Positions 36,652-50,268 of a DNA stretch of 64,000 bases are shown here, one piece after another. Both the position numbers and the translations under genes were made by a program. The stretch is from Enoplolaimus lenunculus. Its lineage: Eukaryota. Where the stretch lies: assembly GCA_030248215.1 (NCBI GenBank), contig JASANG010001737.1, positions 62,001-126,000 of the forward strand. Direction: 5' to 3'. A model generated the notes under the pieces. The model had not been told where the DNA came from. It saw only the letters and a program-made list of their open reading frames with translations, and did not search any database. The number at the start of each line of letters is the position of its first letter. Positions within the stretch are counted from its first letter, which is position 1.

Positions 36652-37180
36652 AATAGCCTCGCATTCAAAGCCATGGTTCAATTTTACAGAGTGAAAAGTT
36701 TCAACAGCGTTTTCAATTGCTAAAATTTAAAATTGGAGCTTAATCATAGTGATAATGACGAAGCTTTGACTGGCGGCAAGATTAAAGAAGTTTTCGAGCG
36801 AACGACAACAGTTGGGATATCGGCAAGTTTTTGAGATTAAGCATAGACAATTTGTTCGGACGAAGGAATGAACGTAGATGAGTGGGTGTCCGCACTGAAG
36901 AACGCGCAATGCCGGAGTTCATAGAGTTCGTACCCAAACAGATGTAAGCCAAGTTTCAGCGCAGTTTGTGAGTGAGTAACATCTACTGGTGTGTTTCAGT
37001 TTTAATCGCTGCGTTTGTGTGTTTTCGCAGAGTTTCTGGGTGCCACTGTAGTTTACATTTGGCTGCGGACACCCATCGTTAGCTTTAGTTGAATAAACAA
37101 TTTTTGTATTGACATCTATTATATGCGATCTAGAAATTGTGTACATTTTTGGCATTAAATTGATTATTATGGCTTCGGAT

Positions 37181-37347
37181 CAGGTGTGTAGCCAGCTCAC
37201 CTTGTTAGGGTGGGCTAAATATTTTTCAGGAGGGGCAGTCAAGGGTTTTCAATGAGTTACACACAAGGTTGAAAATTTTCTAAGGAGGTCCAAAATGTTA
37301 CTAGGGGGGCTGAGCCCCCCTCTGGCCCCCCTTTGGCTACGGGCCCG
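37181..37347. mobile_element. hAT-type MITE family A
   Basis: TSD CTTCGGAT/CTTCGAAT; same interior. Further partial copies near 8130-8227, 22430-22563, 23740-23875 and 25168-25275. Confidence 0.82.
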
Positions 37348-38927
37348 CTTCGAATCTTGCTAAATAACGTTTTGCCTGATATATAAAACTGTTTGACTCA
37401 GGGACGTGTTGGCTTAGCTTCGAGTGCAGTATGTCTGTTCGGATCTTGAAATTAATAACTGGTACTACGTGCTACAGTGATTTGGAAACATTCTACACGA
37501 ACCGATACAAAACCTATACGTTTGAATTTTACACTTTTCCGCTCTCGGAACAAAACTTATACTTCGATATGTTGAAATATGAAGCTTTCGTTGCTTAATA
37601 CTGTTCGTATTGTATGGTCTTGTTTTTTGTAGTTTTGTGTATTATTTGACTGACGTATAATTGTAATTATTGTAATATTTTTTGTTAAATCTTATATACA
37701 CTTATTATATTATAGTTTCGGGGTCTTTTACATCTTTCCCCTGCAGCTGGCGTATACCAACAAATGGTCAAGTTTGGCATATTTGTGCATATCTGAACTT
37801 CTCAAGACCACTCTTAATCGTTCCACTCCCAAATTTGAATTTTAGTTCAATTTTAGAAGAGCTTCGGCCGCTCTTTTTTATATTATTCTACAGCTTAGGT
37901 TCTCCTGTTTGTTGTCGTGTTTATATTATTCTGTGTAATTTGCAAAGCTGAGTCGAAATGCTGTTGCTGTTATGCAAATTGCAAATACAATTGAATTATA
38001 GTCAAATTAGCAACAAGTTCGAGGCAGATCAATTTGTGTAAAATATAAAATAGTTACTTTGTCGACAATATTTCAGTCGTTTATGTGCATTTTTATCTGT
38101 AATTTTTGGGTACATATTATCGTAAATGGTACTATTATGGATAGTTTGTAGTAGCTATGTACTTTAGTGACCCGAGTTAGTGAGGGAAGAGTCCCACGTA
38201 TCTATTTTGGTTCTGAATCAATATGAGTCGATTTCTTGAATTTGAGTCTGTAATGCATAGAGTTCAAAACTACTAATTAGGTCGTACACCATAAACGTCA
38301 GTTATCCTAGATTGCGCGAAATGCATTACTGACCAAATTAAGCTCAGTTCACAATTTGATTGTTAGTCAATGTTTACTGCTACCCATATTCGCAACAACA
38401 TACTCAAGTCTTAAAATTATATTCCTTAGAGTAACAAATTTAAACTGTAGAAAATGGCTGACATAAGTTAAAAGTGGGTGGTCCAGATAACTTGAACTAG
38501 ATTGAAAAATAAATAACAGTCTTCAACCGAATAGCGAAGGGGCTAGTATATGAAAAGACGAAATTAACATCAGTCATCACATTTCCCTTTCGTTACGGCC
38601 GCTACAGTAATTATTGCAGAGAAGAAATTTTTCAAATATATTAAAAAATATGTAGGCTTATCGGAGCAGTTTGCGGTTGCTGATCGGTGTTGATTTGCGT
38701 AACATCGTTAGCCCTGAGATAAAGAATATACAAATCTGTAATTTCAAAAGTAGATATGGGTGGGTAAACTTTTTCAATAGGTGACTCAGCTTGTGAACCC
38801 ACTTCGCTGGGAGTCAATTGCAATCTGCTGCACCCTGGTGTTTGCTATTTTTTTTAAATCCGTGATATGATACTTTTGTCGCTACTGTTGAGCTTAATGT
38901 CATGTGGTATCTGGATGTGTTTAATGA

Positions 38928-39333
38928 GGTCCATGTATAGAACAGTTTCCTCAATATTGACCTAAGCCTTAATCGCCTAGCCAGGGATTTTTGTCGGGTT
39001 CAGACCTCCAATCTATGAAACAAGAAAGGTTTTGTGATTATTGCATCTAATACTGAAACAACCTTTAACTTGTCGCTCGCTTCGCCTGCGATGTGCATTT
39101 GTTAGTTTTACACATACGGTAATGGCGTGACTTTGTGATCTAACGGTTGAAACACCTTTTCGAAAAAATTTTCGCTGCCTAAACTCATCTCAATTGAAAA
39201 TCCTGGCTACGCAATTGCTAACTGTAAGCCTAAGCCTAAGCCAAGCCTAAGCCTAAGCAAAAGCCTAAGCCTAAGCCTAAGCCTTATCCTAAGCCATTGC
39301 GACTTTGTTCTGGTTCTGTTCTATGCATAGACG
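38928..39333. mobile_element. GGCC-family MITE with a second MITE nested inside (about 38975-39213)
   Basis: GGTCCATGTATAGAACAG / CTGTTCTATGCATAGAC ends; GCCTAA run 39228-39295; inner TAGCCAGG...CCTGGCTA inverted ends. Confidence 0.65.
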
Positions 39334-39750
39334 TATTTTGTATCACGTGTTGAAATATATTTATTTTGTTTTGTACTTCGACTTCAAAAAATAACTTTTT
39401 CATGCGGGGCATTCGATCACATGTTCAGGAAATAGTTTCTAGTAATCAATATGGTTGCAAATTTGCAACCCTAAAATATGCCTCACAAAACTTTTAAAGA
39501 ATGGGTTCTAGTTTGCATATATATGCTGTCTCTTGTCTATATATGAAACAAAAACAATAATTACAACAGCTGGGACACTACCCAAAATACATATGTGGGT
39601 CATTCCAGCTTTAATTATATAGATATGGCTTGTGATTGCTAAACATTTAATTGGCTAAACCAAAAAAGTAGAAACAAGTATCGGATTTAGAAATAACATT
39701 ACTTTTTATACACTAAATTAATACTAGCAGTAGGCCTCATCAAATTTTTT

Positions 39751-39964
39751 GGCCCATGTTACTTTAAGGGTCGTTCAGGTTTCTGGCGGGTCTATAAAAG
39801 AGTAGGTTTAGATTCTAGATTACATTTTTTGCTTAGACTTAGGCTTAGGCTTATGCTTAGGCTTAAGAACACATTTTTGCAACACTTAGGCCTCAACACT
39901 TAGGCCTAGGCTTAGGCTTAGTAATACGCTTAATCTACTGTTATGCCCCTAAAAGTAACTGGCC
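39751..39964. mobile_element. GGCC-ended MITE carrying TTAGGC arrays (sister of 10477)
   Basis: Colinear with 10477-10666; flanked by an 18-bp near-perfect direct repeat. Confidence 0.85.
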
Positions 39965-41695
39965 GGCATCATCAAATTTTTTCATATCGTTCAGTTAGAT
40001 ATGGTAATTATTTCTTCAGTATCAGATTTGAAAACTAGCGGTACACGCAGAAAGATTCTGGAGAGTCTAGGGAAATGCAGTTTTACTTCAAAACAATGCC
40101 CTGTCTGTGTCTTTATACTGTCCGAATGTATACAACGTATGCATTATTTCATTGTAATAAAATCATTTTGTATAATTTTGTGCGAAATTTCCTATTAAAT
40201 TGACTAAAATCGAATTAAAGTCCGATTAGTGTATTTTAAAGGGTGAGCAGTTGCCAGCACTGTCACGGATGTTGATAATACACGGAGGCTTCCCGCTCCT
40301 CTTGGTCCCAGTAAACAAAAATATTTTCAACCGCTTAAACTACTCAACAAAATATGTAACAACTTTCGGTTACTTGTACAAAGATGGTAAAAAATCTGCG
40401 CTTCATGCCGAAATTGAATGTAATTTTGGGGATATCCGTTTGCGGTAAAAATTGGTATTCGTTTCGGTTTTACAAATAATGGAATTGTGTTATTTTTACG
40501 TTCAAAATTAGTTCTAAAGCACGTATATATCTGGCAATTTTTCGTTACAGATACGCTGCAATTGTAGCCCGGTTAATAATATTTGCACGCCTCTGCTGTG
40601 GTACAAATATAAAACATCTTTGAAACTGGCCCATGTATAGAACAGGCTTCACCAATTTCCCGGGTAATATCCCAATTTCCCAAAATTGGGTATATGTAAT
40701 ATACCAAGCTCACAAAATAGCAATTTCACGGATAGTATCCTAAGCTCCCAAAATGGCAATATCACGTGTAATATTCCAATTTTCGTTGCGAAATCCAAAT
40801 ATCCTGTTGAAATCAGTATTGGCTTGGGCTGTCAGAGTCCGGCTTAGACTTTTTTCACAGGCTATTCAGATATTTAGGTTTAGAGGGGAGTTTAGCCTTA
40901 AGCTTGAGCCTGAGCTCATAGACTGAAGTTTAAGTCAGGTGAAGCAAGCTTTAGGTTCGCGCGTAGGCTTTAAGGCTCCATAGGCAGACGGATGCTGGGG
41001 GGTGAGGTTACACCCCTGTGTACCCAAATTGGCACTTTTTATTTCCCCACACTTGCGACTAAAAATATTTTCTTTAATTGCTTTTTCAGGGGGGCTGTCG
41101 CCCCCGCACCGCCACACAACTAAAATTCATTTTTCGTGCAAAATTTTTGACTGTGTCATTACAGCTTTTGTGAGAACCACTCAGTGGGGAACTTTTGAGG
41201 CGGCATCCTGTCATACTTTATGGTGCATTCCGAACAGGGGCGCTGCCAAGATTTAGTTATTTCGTATTTATAGGGTAGCGCAATTTTTTAACGAAAAAAC
41301 TCAATATATCAATTAAAATAAATGAGCAACGAACAACAAAATTACGGTTTAAATTTAGTAAAAACGAACAATCAAGACCCGATTGCACGAAATTTCCATT
41401 TCCCGGGTATCCCAATTTCCCGAAATTCCAATTTCCCGAAATCCTGAGTAAAAACCAATTTTCAAATGCGAAAAAAATTTTCAATACCAAAAATACCGGA
41501 AAATTCCTGTGAAAAAATACAGGATTCATTACCAAAACCGGATAGTGAAAAATGCCGGAATTCCCTACCGGAACCGGAGTTTCGGATGCACCCTGCTAAA
41601 TAACGCATTTGAAATAATGATTTCATAGTCCGCTCAGCAATTGTGCTTGACGCTGGAGCCCGAAAGGTAACACGTTTTGTGTGGATAGTGCAATA

Positions 41696-42135
41696 CTGTA
41701 GTGACCCGAATAAGAGGGGGGACTGATATTTATTTGGCCTCTTCAGAGGGTACCCCCCTTGTAATTCGGTTACGGACTGTTATTCATTTTTAACCTACGC
41801 TCCGCCGCCCTTCGTTACTGATATATATCCGGTACTGCAATTATCCGTTGAATCAAACGTTTATTTGTCTTGTGTCAATAGCTTGAGTGTGATAATACAA
41901 GGTATACTTAGGAATATACTTTAAAAATTTACGTACGCTTTAAAGTTTCGAACCCAAATTATGGTCCTGGAGTCATTTGTGTACAGTTAGGGTTAATTGA
42001 CATTTATGGACTCTGATTAGGGCTTTGGGACTCTATCCGCTTACAGACTCTTATTAGGGATACGGACTCCAACTGATTCGGACTCAAAATGGGGATCCCC
42101 CGCTTATTGCCCCCCTCTTATTCGGGTCAATACAG
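41696..42135. mobile_element. Tc1/mariner-type MITE
   Basis: 25-bp TIR CTGTAGTGACCCGAATAAGAGGGGG with TA on both flanks; the right half recurs at about 6890-7097. Confidence 0.85.
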
Positions 42136-43476
42136 TACGCATATTCGTTGTATATATAATTCCTACACGCGGCGCAGTGTTATTGTATTCACAGCTCAAG
42201 TTGCTCACATGAGCTGTGTTCTTGTTTAACTAGCCAACTGTTATTTCAGGACAAAAACTATTAATATTCGAGGTCAAAATTGAATGATTTTTAAAAATGT
42301 TTTCCAACGGAATTAAAAGCATAAAATATTTACAAAGGATTCGGGTAGATATTCCTATAAACTAGCCCACATCGTTTTTACTTGCAATGTAAACCAATAT
42401 AGAGTTAATACACTGTGATAGCAGACGGTTTTGGACGATCGGCATAGACGGAAACCAAATTTTTGGGAGTATCATTTAAAATCTAAAGTTTTGTGCGAAG
42501 TCATAAACAAATTTTCAATTTGCAGTGCAGCTATTTTAGTTTTGTTATTAATATGGTTTTGAAACAGGATTTTCAACGCCCCGCATAGTTTCGTAATGTC
42601 AGAATACGGTTAAGCTTTGCCTTTCGCCACTGTTTTTTAGTTTATGTTTTATTATAAGTCGATCTATCTCCAATAAATTTACTCGTAAAATAGCTATATG
42701 CTCAATGTGTGAGTACAATTTTTCATTGATTTGGTCCTCAAACTTTTACCCGTAAAGACAAAAGAGATGAAGTAAAATTAACTGGCTTCTGCTAAAGTGG
42801 AATGTTTTAAACACTTAATAATGTTTATTTACTTGGTGTGTTAACATTATAGCAAAATATTGCTCTCTCACGGTATGTAACTCTGCTTACAAGTATATAC
42901 ATAGCTAATGTAACCAACAGCAATTGGAAAAATAGTCATTGGTTGGATTTCCGAAATCTTAATGATTGAAACACGGTAGTGTTTTCAATAAATGTTTCAA
43001 GCCTCGAGAATGCACGCTTTTTGAAAGTTTTGCAGAATGTTCTCTGCAGGAAAGCACAGCTGGAATGAGACAAATTACGTATAGAATATCCTAATTAGCC
43101 GCTTCGACACCATACACATATTTACCGGCTAAACGTCTCATTTAAGTTGTTATTTAAAGTTTGATTTTTGTAATTTTTCGAAAAAAATTGTATTACAAAT
43201 ATGTAATTACCATAGCTGGTCGATATCATTGTGTGATACTAATGACACCGTGCAATAGATTACGTGTCCCTGCGATGTTTGTTCTACTGAAATTGCTAAC
43301 TAAGACACTAATAGTTTGTAATAACCTACCATGCATTATAGCTTAGAACACGCTGATTTTTTGTGGATTGCAATGGAGCAAGTGTACGCTTTAGGCTTAT
43401 ATTTTGTTTAGGCTTAGGCGTACGCTTAGGAGTAGACTTAGCATAAAACCTCATCGTATCCCATGTAAAAGAAAGA

Positions 43477-44260
43477 AACTAGGTAAAAAGTGCCTCTAGA
43501 AGGGACAGATTGTGATATGTTTCGCTGGAAGCATGTAAAAGAGTTTAAGCAAGGGTTAGTTAGACCATAGATCATCTGTTAAGCTATAAATTGACACGAA
43601 GGGTTTTCAAGGCGTTCTAAAGTACAACTCTCAACATGCCTTTCGTATAACAGTCAGTTGCTTTTTAAAAGTTATCTCAATTGAGCGCCAGCAGGACATG
43701 TTCTTCGAAATATTTACGTAGCAACGTTTGAATTGTATTTTCTATATAAGTAGCTTAAATATTTCACGGCACAGAAATTATCGACTTCACATCATCAAAT
43801 TGTCATGGTAAAGATAGCTAAAATAGTCGAGCACGTATGCGTGACATTTTTTATTCGATAATCAATAGACACAATTTGTAATCTTGCAATATTGAAATAT
43901 TTACTAATCAAGTTTTAGAAACATAATATTTTAAAACTTAAAAAATTTCCTCTTCCAATGAAGAATGCTAGATTAGATCACTTATAAACTGAACATTGTA
44001 AAACCCAACAAACGCTAAAATTAAGCTGATAGGTGATGTCCGCTGGGCCCATATGTTAATTGTTTCACTGACCGCAAGCGTGTTAACACTGAAAGACAGC
44101 CGTCAAAGATATAGATGACAACTATTTTCATAGAAGTTATGGAGCTAATATAAGATTACCAACTGATCAATGGTATAACTATCCCTTGTTTAAACTCTTT
44201 TACATGCTTCAAGCGAAACATAGCACAATCTGTCCCTTCTAGGGGCACTTTTACCTAGTT
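43477..44260. mobile_element. About 780-bp element with >100-bp terminal inverted repeats
   Basis: AACTAGGTAAAAAGTGCC...AAGGGTTAGTTAGACCAT matches the reverse complement of about 44150-44260; no clear TSD. Confidence 0.8.
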
Positions 44261-44807
44261 AAGTATGTACTTAAGTTATACTTAAGTAATTACTTAAGCT
44301 GACGACTTAAATAAACGCCGAATGCCAGCCATTGTCATAACAAGAAAGTTATAGTTTTGCTTTATATTAAGAAGGCACCGTGCGTCTACAATTTCAATTC
44401 TACTAGGGTTAGTATGCTTGAATGGTAAAGTTTAAATCTATCAAATTTAGTCAGCGACTTAAGTATTTCCTTAACTTAAGTTCGCTTTTAAAAACGACAA
44501 AATTGTTAAGTAATTACTTAGCACGTACTTAAGTACTAAGTCGTACTTAAGTTGGGTTTCGGAAACCCAGCCGATGTCATGATATGTCCGGAAACAACTG
44601 ACTTACGTTTTTACTATTAACAAACTATAGTTCAACTGGTAAAGGTGCCTTTTCGTGTATTTTCTGACAATAAATCCTAATATGTGTTAACGGAATATTT
44701 TTAAGGATACTTACCTAGTACAAATACGTATATTCGTGTCTCGGGTGCAATTGCTGGCGTTTTTACGCCGAAAGTTGGCTACATTTTGTTTGTATGATTT
44801 CTGCCAG

Positions 44808-46198
44808 GAAGTAGGAAACACCTTCTTACATTGATGGAAACGGCAATCGAAGTGGACAATACTATTGTAAATCAGGTGGCCAAGACAACCCGAAATATCA
44901 ATATTCAGCGCTCGCACCAAGTTAATCCAACTGATTACAGCAGCCGCCGCGCAATGATTTGTTCATCTGCTGGATCAAATGGCAGCCGTGCTACTAGTAG
45001 CGCTCGTACTTCAGTCACTCAGAGCAGCTGTGAATCACGCACGTCGTCTCGTGAGGAGGACCCCGAATTGTTTAGCGGACATTCGTTTGTGGTTGATCAT
45101 GTTCCGCATACTCATGCTTCAGTTAGGCGACCAAACATACAGCCGAAATCGCCGGTGTCGGTAGCACCGGCGATAGATAGAACCAGTAACCAGATATCTC
45201 CTACATCACCAGCTCGGAAGAAAGCCTATAGCACTAGCGAAGCTACCTCTCCAGAAGTATGCTACCAAAACGACTCATCCGGCGCGAAAGTGACTACGTC
45301 GACAGGAGGAAAACGATCATCACTGCTATCGAGTTTTCGCCGTTCTACTGGTGGGTCTAAATCGCCAGGTTGTGGGAGCGTAAAGAACAAAGGCGGCTGC
45401 GATTGTACAGATAACGCTGGTAGAAACAGTGCTGGATCTAATCGGTCCCTACCAGCAAAACGGCAATCTCCGGTAAGCAGTAATGAAGACGATGACCCAT
45501 GCTGGTCCTCAGGGCCGGCCATAAGTGGTTATTATGGTAGCAGTAGTGCCGGCACTACACCGAAGGCTGGCACAGGTGACGATACGTTTTCATCGATGTA
45601 CTCAAGATTCATGGATCACATTCGACCACGCACTAAATCCGAAGCACGTCGCCAACAAAACGAGTCTGTGTCTGCACGCCGTGATAGCCTTCCTGTTGGC
45701 CGATGCATGCCACAAGTGCGGCCGTTTTTAGACACTATCAAGAGTGTGGACGAAACACTGCAACAGGCAGACACAGCAGGCGGCGAAACTAATATTGAGT
45801 TGCCGTGTCCAGATTCATCAGCGGTTTTCATGCCAGCAAATAGTGATGCTACTGGCGATTGTAGCTTGCCAAAAGCAGCACCGTTATTTGTCGATACAAA
45901 ATTAGCTAATCGACCCAAAAGACATCACCAGGCGGCTGCGTTGAGCGACCACGGGCCCGTTGGATGTACTGGACGGGCACAACGGGTATCTGTATCGGAA
46001 TGCTGCCCTACGGATTCTGGCGGAGTACGGTACGATTTGGAAAGCGCCACAAGTCAACGGCAGCACTCGAAATCTTCTGGCAATGCGGCATTTACCAATA
46101 TGATGTATCGATTGTTGGCTGCTCAGCAACGCGCAGCTCATGATCATGCTGCGAAAGAAACTGGGGGACGGAATCGAAGTTGTTCTACTTCTTGTTCC
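44808..46198 (+). CDS. Large exon encoding a Ser-rich, probably disordered N-terminal region; tentatively an AMPK gamma subunit (SNF4Agamma/aakg-like) long isoform
   Basis: 455 codons from ATG 44834, acceptor CTGCCAG ending 44807, donor TCC|GTAAG at 46199. FMDHIRPRTKSE and SLLSSFRRS recall the RPRSKS motifs of long invertebrate AMPK-gamma N-termini (from memory). The exon is solid; the product call is about 0.45. Confidence 0.8.
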
Positions 46199-46638
46199 GT
46201 AAGTTGCAGCAGATTAATGAGACTGATAGATTCTTATGGTATTTTTATTTTCGTATAGTGTAGTTTCACTTTAGGATGAAAAATTGCATTGTTTGGGCAT
46301 ATTCCTGTTTGTTTTTATTTAGGATTATGCAGTATCTACATTACTATCACGAGCCATACAATGTTTAAAGTGGGGGTCCTGTAGTAGCATATATTTGTAT
46401 GTTCATAATGTTCAGATATCGATACTTTATTTTCCCGATTGCAACTCAAATGTGAGTTGCTTAAGACCCAGTTTTGCATTATAGTTAGAATGTCATAAGT
46501 ATGTGTTGATTTTGTTTTTTGAACGAAACTACTGCAGAGCTGACGAGAATACATAAGAGTAAGTGCGTAACGTGTGGTTTATCGTTATTCTTTTAATTAG
46601 TTTACTATATAAATTTTTCGCGGATGTGTTGTTTTCAG

Positions 46639-46699
46639 AATGATTGTCAAAATGACGAAACGGCTAAACGTTGGCTAATGGAAGATTTAGCGAAACTTA
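46639..46699 (+). CDS. Small internal exon of the same gene (NDCQNDETAKRWLMEDLAKL)
   Basis: Consensus TTTTCAG acceptor, A|GTATGC donor; 61 nt converts phase 0 (46198) to phase 1 (60428). Confidence 0.7.
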
Positions 46700-49095
46700 G
46701 TATGCGTTAGTTGTACCTTTTCCTGTTTTTTACTAACAATCCACGCTTGGTTTGAAGACAACAATAGTAAAACTGCCGTATTAAAGCAAGGAACAAATTA
46801 CTGATTTAATGATTATAATTTTGGCTAGTTTTACGTATATACGTACTTTATTGCAAAGGCAACTTCCTAGTTAATTTTTTTATTTAGGTAGTTTGTAACG
46901 GTCGTAATAATTGGGTAAATGCAATTTTGACTTTTAATAGAAACAGCTATATACTGGAGTGCGTATCATGCAAATACGGCGGATCATTGCGTAACGTATG
47001 GTCAGTTAAGGCCCTATATTGAAATAGCGTTAGATTAGAGTAGTTGGAATTGTCTTAAATTGGTCTCGGTTTAAAAATCGGTATAGAGACTACACCAAAT
47101 CTGAATGGACTGTGAGATCTAATTTATACACGTTCATAAAATTGGACGGCGGGTGATAGTAAACTTTTCTTAAGATACTTTGTCTGGTTTGGTCTGGTGC
47201 TGATTCAGCTGAAACTGCTGGTTAGAATTTGAAGAAAGTAAAGCTATTTACTCCGAGCTAACTGGAATTGCCAATTTAAAATTATTATAACACCGACATT
47301 TATTTTTGTGCGCAAAAATGATGAAATATGGTACGTGAAAAGTGAGAATAAATATTGCTATTTAATGACTAAATATATATGGCAGTTCACTTTAAGCTGG
47401 CGCTGTATATATTGGTCGAGCAGCGCCGTTCATCACCGAGTCCGTGTGATATGGTATGCGAGGCGCACGGACGGCGCAGTGTGCCAATAACATTTTTCAA
47501 AACTATAGCGACATCTTTAGAAGTTAAGTTTATAAAAAATTTTGTTCCATTGGTGTTTTCCGAGCAGGTTTACTACTGCGTGTCTTGTTAGGATTGTGCT
47601 ATAGTCTCCTCGGTTGTATGTGCGTCGTGTTACACTGTCGGGGGGGCAGTCGAACGTACGCACGCGTCACCCAGCCAGAAGTATAGCACAACCCTAAGAC
47701 TAACATGCCGGGTTGGTGATGGGTAGCAGTTAATGCCGAACCGTGATTTTTGTGTCACTGGGTATGCACCAAGCCTGACTTGTTCAACGGGTGTGACCAT
47801 TGAAGACACAAAGACTGGTGGAGACTGAGCGGCTTAGACGTCAAAATTAGACTTAGATATGTTTAAATTTACGCTTAAGTTTAGGCTTCGGCTTAGTATG
47901 CAAGCTCTTATGAATATATTACCTACGTATGTGTTTAATATGGACCGTGCTTTTTGTATTCGAAGGCAATCAGGCATAATATACCACTGCAATTTTCGCC
48001 GATTAAATAAACATATTATGAATGAATACCTAGCAGCATTTAAATGTATCTTATCATCATGACTCGCTTTTGAGAAAATAATGAGCTAGGTCGTGCGTGT
48101 AGATATTCTCTATTACGACTACTTTTCAGTTGCATGTTGCGTCAGAGTTGGTTTGTCATGTTTGTGCGGGTTTATATTTGATTAACTTTTTTTGGAATGA
48201 GATTCTGAAGCCGACTTCTGAAAACAATGTAACTAATTTTCTATAATATTGTTGCGTGATTTTTGTGAGGTTTATTCTTTAAAGAAGAAAGTCTTTTTGT
48301 TGTATATTCTGATTTGAAGCGCATGATATGGGAGTGGGTGTATATGTACATAATATGTAGTTAATACTAAGACATTGTAGAAATAAAATTACAGCATATT
48401 GTAGCAAATAGTAGTACTAAAATCAGCGTAAGTTTAACTTATTGTTAAAGTATGCATGTAAGTATGCGGTTCCGGTATTGAACCATCCGGCTCCGGTAGT
48501 TTTGGGTATCTGGTTTAACCTTGATATGAATATTCATATGATGATGACTACGTATGAAATTATTTTGTGGTTCGCTATTATTTCAGGAAAGTTTAAATAG
48601 ATCGCATCTATTGGGTCTTTTTGCTTATCGGGATCACCCAGCCGCTGTTTGTTCAAAATGGTTCGAGTTTAAAATTTTTTTTGCATATTCGAGCTTCATA
48701 AAACTTCTCTTTATTATTCAGTGTGCAAAATTCCAACTTTGAAAAGCAAATTCTTGTTTAAACGTTGTATATCAGTCGACGCAGTTTTCGGAGTTGGTCT
48801 AGCGGTAATAGATTAAGTGTTGCAAGCCCTCTGGTTTTAAAGTTATGAACCACTAAGTTGCTGTTGGTTACGCTGTATTATTCGTATTAGGGGTCCTGGT
48901 CTTTCCACTTTCACGTTCGGCATGACACTGATTTGACGTTTTAAGTTTGCTTGTGATGTGCTGACAAATTTATCTCGTTTGCCTTTGCACAAAAGGTAAC
49001 CGGTTGTGTTCAGTGAGTTTTTATGATAGAGAGATAAATAGATAGTTAGGAAGATAGCTAACAGAGTGTGCTTAAACGAAAATTTATATATCAGA

Positions 49096-49433
49096 CAGGG
49101 TGCAACCGAAATTCCGGTTCCGGCAATTTTTGGTCTTCTGGTTTCGAAAAATTTTGGCTGGTTCGTATAGTATATAAACCGTGAAAATCGCCGAAAATAA
49201 ACCATCGAAGGTAGATTGCACTTCCGTGGATTACGAAAATCTAAAATACAGCAGATAAAATGAACACCTATCTCTAACTAAGGGTTATTTTATCAATAAC
49301 ATTGCGAAAAAGAAAATTGAAACGAATTTATCGGTGGCATGTATTTTTCATTTTCCGGTTCAGTTTCCGGTAATTCTTACAAATTTCGGTTCCGGTTCCG
49401 GTTCCGCTAAATTGTAATTCCTGTTGTGCCCTG
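49096..49433. mobile_element. hAT-type MITE family B
   Basis: CAGGG...CCCTG termini, TTCCGG subterminal repeats; perfect TSD ATATCAGA. Confidence 0.87.
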
Positions 49434-50268
49434 ATATCAGATCGTTTTTTGTTCAACTGCATTAAAAAAGACGAAATAATGTCAGTTCAGCTATTGAAGG
49501 TTTATAATGGTATTTTTTGCCGGAAAGGCAGCAAGCAAAATGATTTTTGTTGTTGAGCATACTTATTTTAAATTTTTAATCATTTTTGTTGGTCTATTTC
49601 TAGGTATGTATGTGTTTGTTTATGTTTGTTTATTACTTTGCTCTGACATAGGTTATAGATGTAAATTTATTGTAGTATGACGCCGAAACTACGATTTCAC
49701 AGACCAGGTACCACCGGATATCTGGCTCCTACAGAAAAATTAACATTCAGCTCCGTTATTAACTCCATATTATACTTAGTATTATTTATGACCAAAATCA
49801 TAATATTTCGCTTCGAATTTAGTTCGGAATCAAATTTAGTACTATAGGGTGCTCGGTTAATACGTATCAAGACTCTTGTAGAAACAAAATTATAAAACAG
49901 TTCATTTTATAGAATTCGACGCGCTGAGTTCAACGGTGCCATTTTTAGCGCTGCAGGGACCCCGGTTCAATAGTTATGGTCCTTTAAATTTTAACTTTTT
50001 ACCATATAAAACATGTACAAAAAACAATCGAGTTTGTGTAAAGAATAAACCTGGTTAAACTTATAGTTTAGAAACATGGGACTGATGATAGATATTTCCT
50101 GTTACAATCTGTGCGTGTTTGCACTAGAATTTCGAGGGCCATAATTTCTGAACCGTTGGTCATGCAACCATGCAAATGGTACCGTTGAATTCAGCTCGTC
50201 GAGATCTATCGGATGGACACCTTTTATCAAAATCCTAGGTGGGTCCAGATTCCGTACTTCCGCCAAAC

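Noticed and set aside
47379..47453. Possible alternative first exon MAVHFK...SPCDM with a GTATGC donor
   Set aside because: Ends in phase 0, incompatible with the phase-1 exon at 60428.
48587..48660. Possible exon ESLNRSHLLGLFAYRD after a TTTCAG
   Set aside because: It is the reverse complement of the dispersed repeat at 16660-16750 and 62255-62330, and lacks a good phase-compatible donor.
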